The translations under genes were made by a program, and so were the position numbers. This document shows positions 62,601 through 64,000 of a DNA stretch of 64,000 bases, piece by piece. Location: positions 68,448,001 through 68,512,000 of the forward strand of contig OZ241827.1 of NCBI GenBank assembly GCA_965202585.1, given 5' to 3'. The stretch's first letter is position 1; every line of letters begins with the position of its first letter. This stretch comes from Thalia democratica. Taxonomy: Eukaryota. The notes under the pieces are model-generated. The model ran no database searches and was not told the origin of the DNA. It saw nothing but the letters and a program-made list of their open reading frames with translations.

Positions 62601-63181
62601 GGAATAAAACAGTTTGTCATCAAGTGTTTTAACTATCAAAAATAGTTGAAATTTTTTTACAGCGAAATTTGACAATTTTTAATAAATTGATTTTATTTAA
62701 TTAAGGCAAATTTAATGCTATGACTACAGAATATGATTTTATTATGTTTAAGAAATTACTCCTTATAATATCTGATTAACATAAAGTTTATTTATTTCAG
62801 TAAAAAATTAAGTTGCCTTTTTTTTTTAAACTAAAGCTTTCTAATAAAGCTTAGCTGTTCTTAAAATAGAGTTAAAACAAATAAAACTCAAATTTTGTCA
62901 TTTTATTTACTTAAAGTAATTGTTTTTGCTAATAATTTATTTAAATACATAAATATATGTTAGTTGTAAAAATATTTAAGTTGTCTAGGTTTTACATAAT
63001 AAATGTTAAAGAAGAGTAATACAGTTTACAAAGTGATTGTTTTATATGTTTTTTTTTATGTTTGCACTTGTTGTATTAAAATTATAATAGTATACCAATA
63101 TAGTTAAAGTCAAAAATACTATATATATCTTTTTTTTTAATATATCATTTAATAAATAAAGAATTTGTTAGTAATAACTTT

Positions 63182-63866
63182 TTAGTAAATAGTTTCTTCA
63201 ACAAGTATAAACTTTAGTTTTCTAAAATCTTGGTTTTTTGCAGATAAAATAGGCATCAGTTTTGTATATATTGAGTTATATATGTTTTCTAAAGGAAAAT
63301 CTGAACATTCATCAGCATTCAAGTTAAGGTGGTAACACAAAATTGGGTTTAAGTATTTGGTATAACACTGCAAATAATAAAGCGTCATCATCGATACAAA
63401 GAACCGTTTCAAACTAATGTTATTTTTAAATATTTCATACTTGAAGTCATCTTCAACTTGTTCGTTTCTCAAGTACGTACTTCCTAATAAGTACGCGCTT
63501 TTGAATTAACTAACTCTGTATTTTAGGTAACTTTCTTATTTGAAAAACACGTTGTTGAGTACGCTCTTGTGTGCTGTGTTCAAAGTACAACACTGAAGCA
63601 GAAAATATTTTTGAGTTATAAATTTCAAAGCTCGAACACTAAATGATTTCAGCACACCCAAGTCATTTCTTTTTCGGTTTAACTATAATCGATTACATGA
63701 CTAACCAACTTACGCAATTTAATTTCTTTTTTTTATATGTTTTCTTGATAAAACACCTTGACAAAACTACCCGAAAAAACAAGAGGTTTTCTTTTTTGTT
63801 CATTATAAAGACGAACTTGGAAAAGTATAACTATTGCTGCAGAGACAGATGAAACAGTTATAAAAA
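63182..63866 (-). CDS. 3' exons of a minus-strand gene continuing beyond the window, with an N-proximal hydrophobic segment
   Basis: Exons 63866-63757, 63638-63551 and 63483-63182 join in phase (FITVSSVSAAIVILFQV..FVK|CSSFEIY..TQQ|RSTYLRNEQ..EETIY*). A GTAAGT donor sits at the last bases of the window. Confidence 0.6.
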
Positions 63867-64000
63867 CTTAGTTATAAAAAATGGATAATAATAGTATACA
63901 CTATACAGACAGAATATTCACATACACTAAAATCAAGTATACGAAGTACAATTAGTTTATGTATAAACTAAAATATATTTTTATTCAGTATTCAACTTAC

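Noticed and set aside
62253-62675. 140-aa minus-strand ORF
   Set aside because: Antisense shadow of the C2H2 finger exon.

Overview
AT-rich animal (probably invertebrate) nuclear DNA with intron-containing genes embedded in a dense field of MITEs. The species cannot be determined from the sequence. Splice models built by eye from GT-AG sites and exon phase give six + strand genes: the 3' end of a Ser/Pro-rich protein, an intronless 2-TM protein, a stand-alone NHL beta-propeller, an orphan helical protein, a type II C-type lectin and a 12-exon ~733-aa orphan. A USP deubiquitinase exon also appears to splice in frame to three C2H2 zinc fingers. Two partial genes lie on the - strand. Mobile DNA comprises a young 5'-truncated Penelope-like element (PLE) with 441-bp inverted arms, each carrying a type I hammerhead ribozyme with a swapped G3-C8 core pair; an older PLE remnant with nested insertions; and hAT-, Kolobok- and Mutator-type MITEs, several with target-site duplications (TSDs). 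No rRNA, tRNA or CRISPR array was seen. All gene models are unverified predictions.
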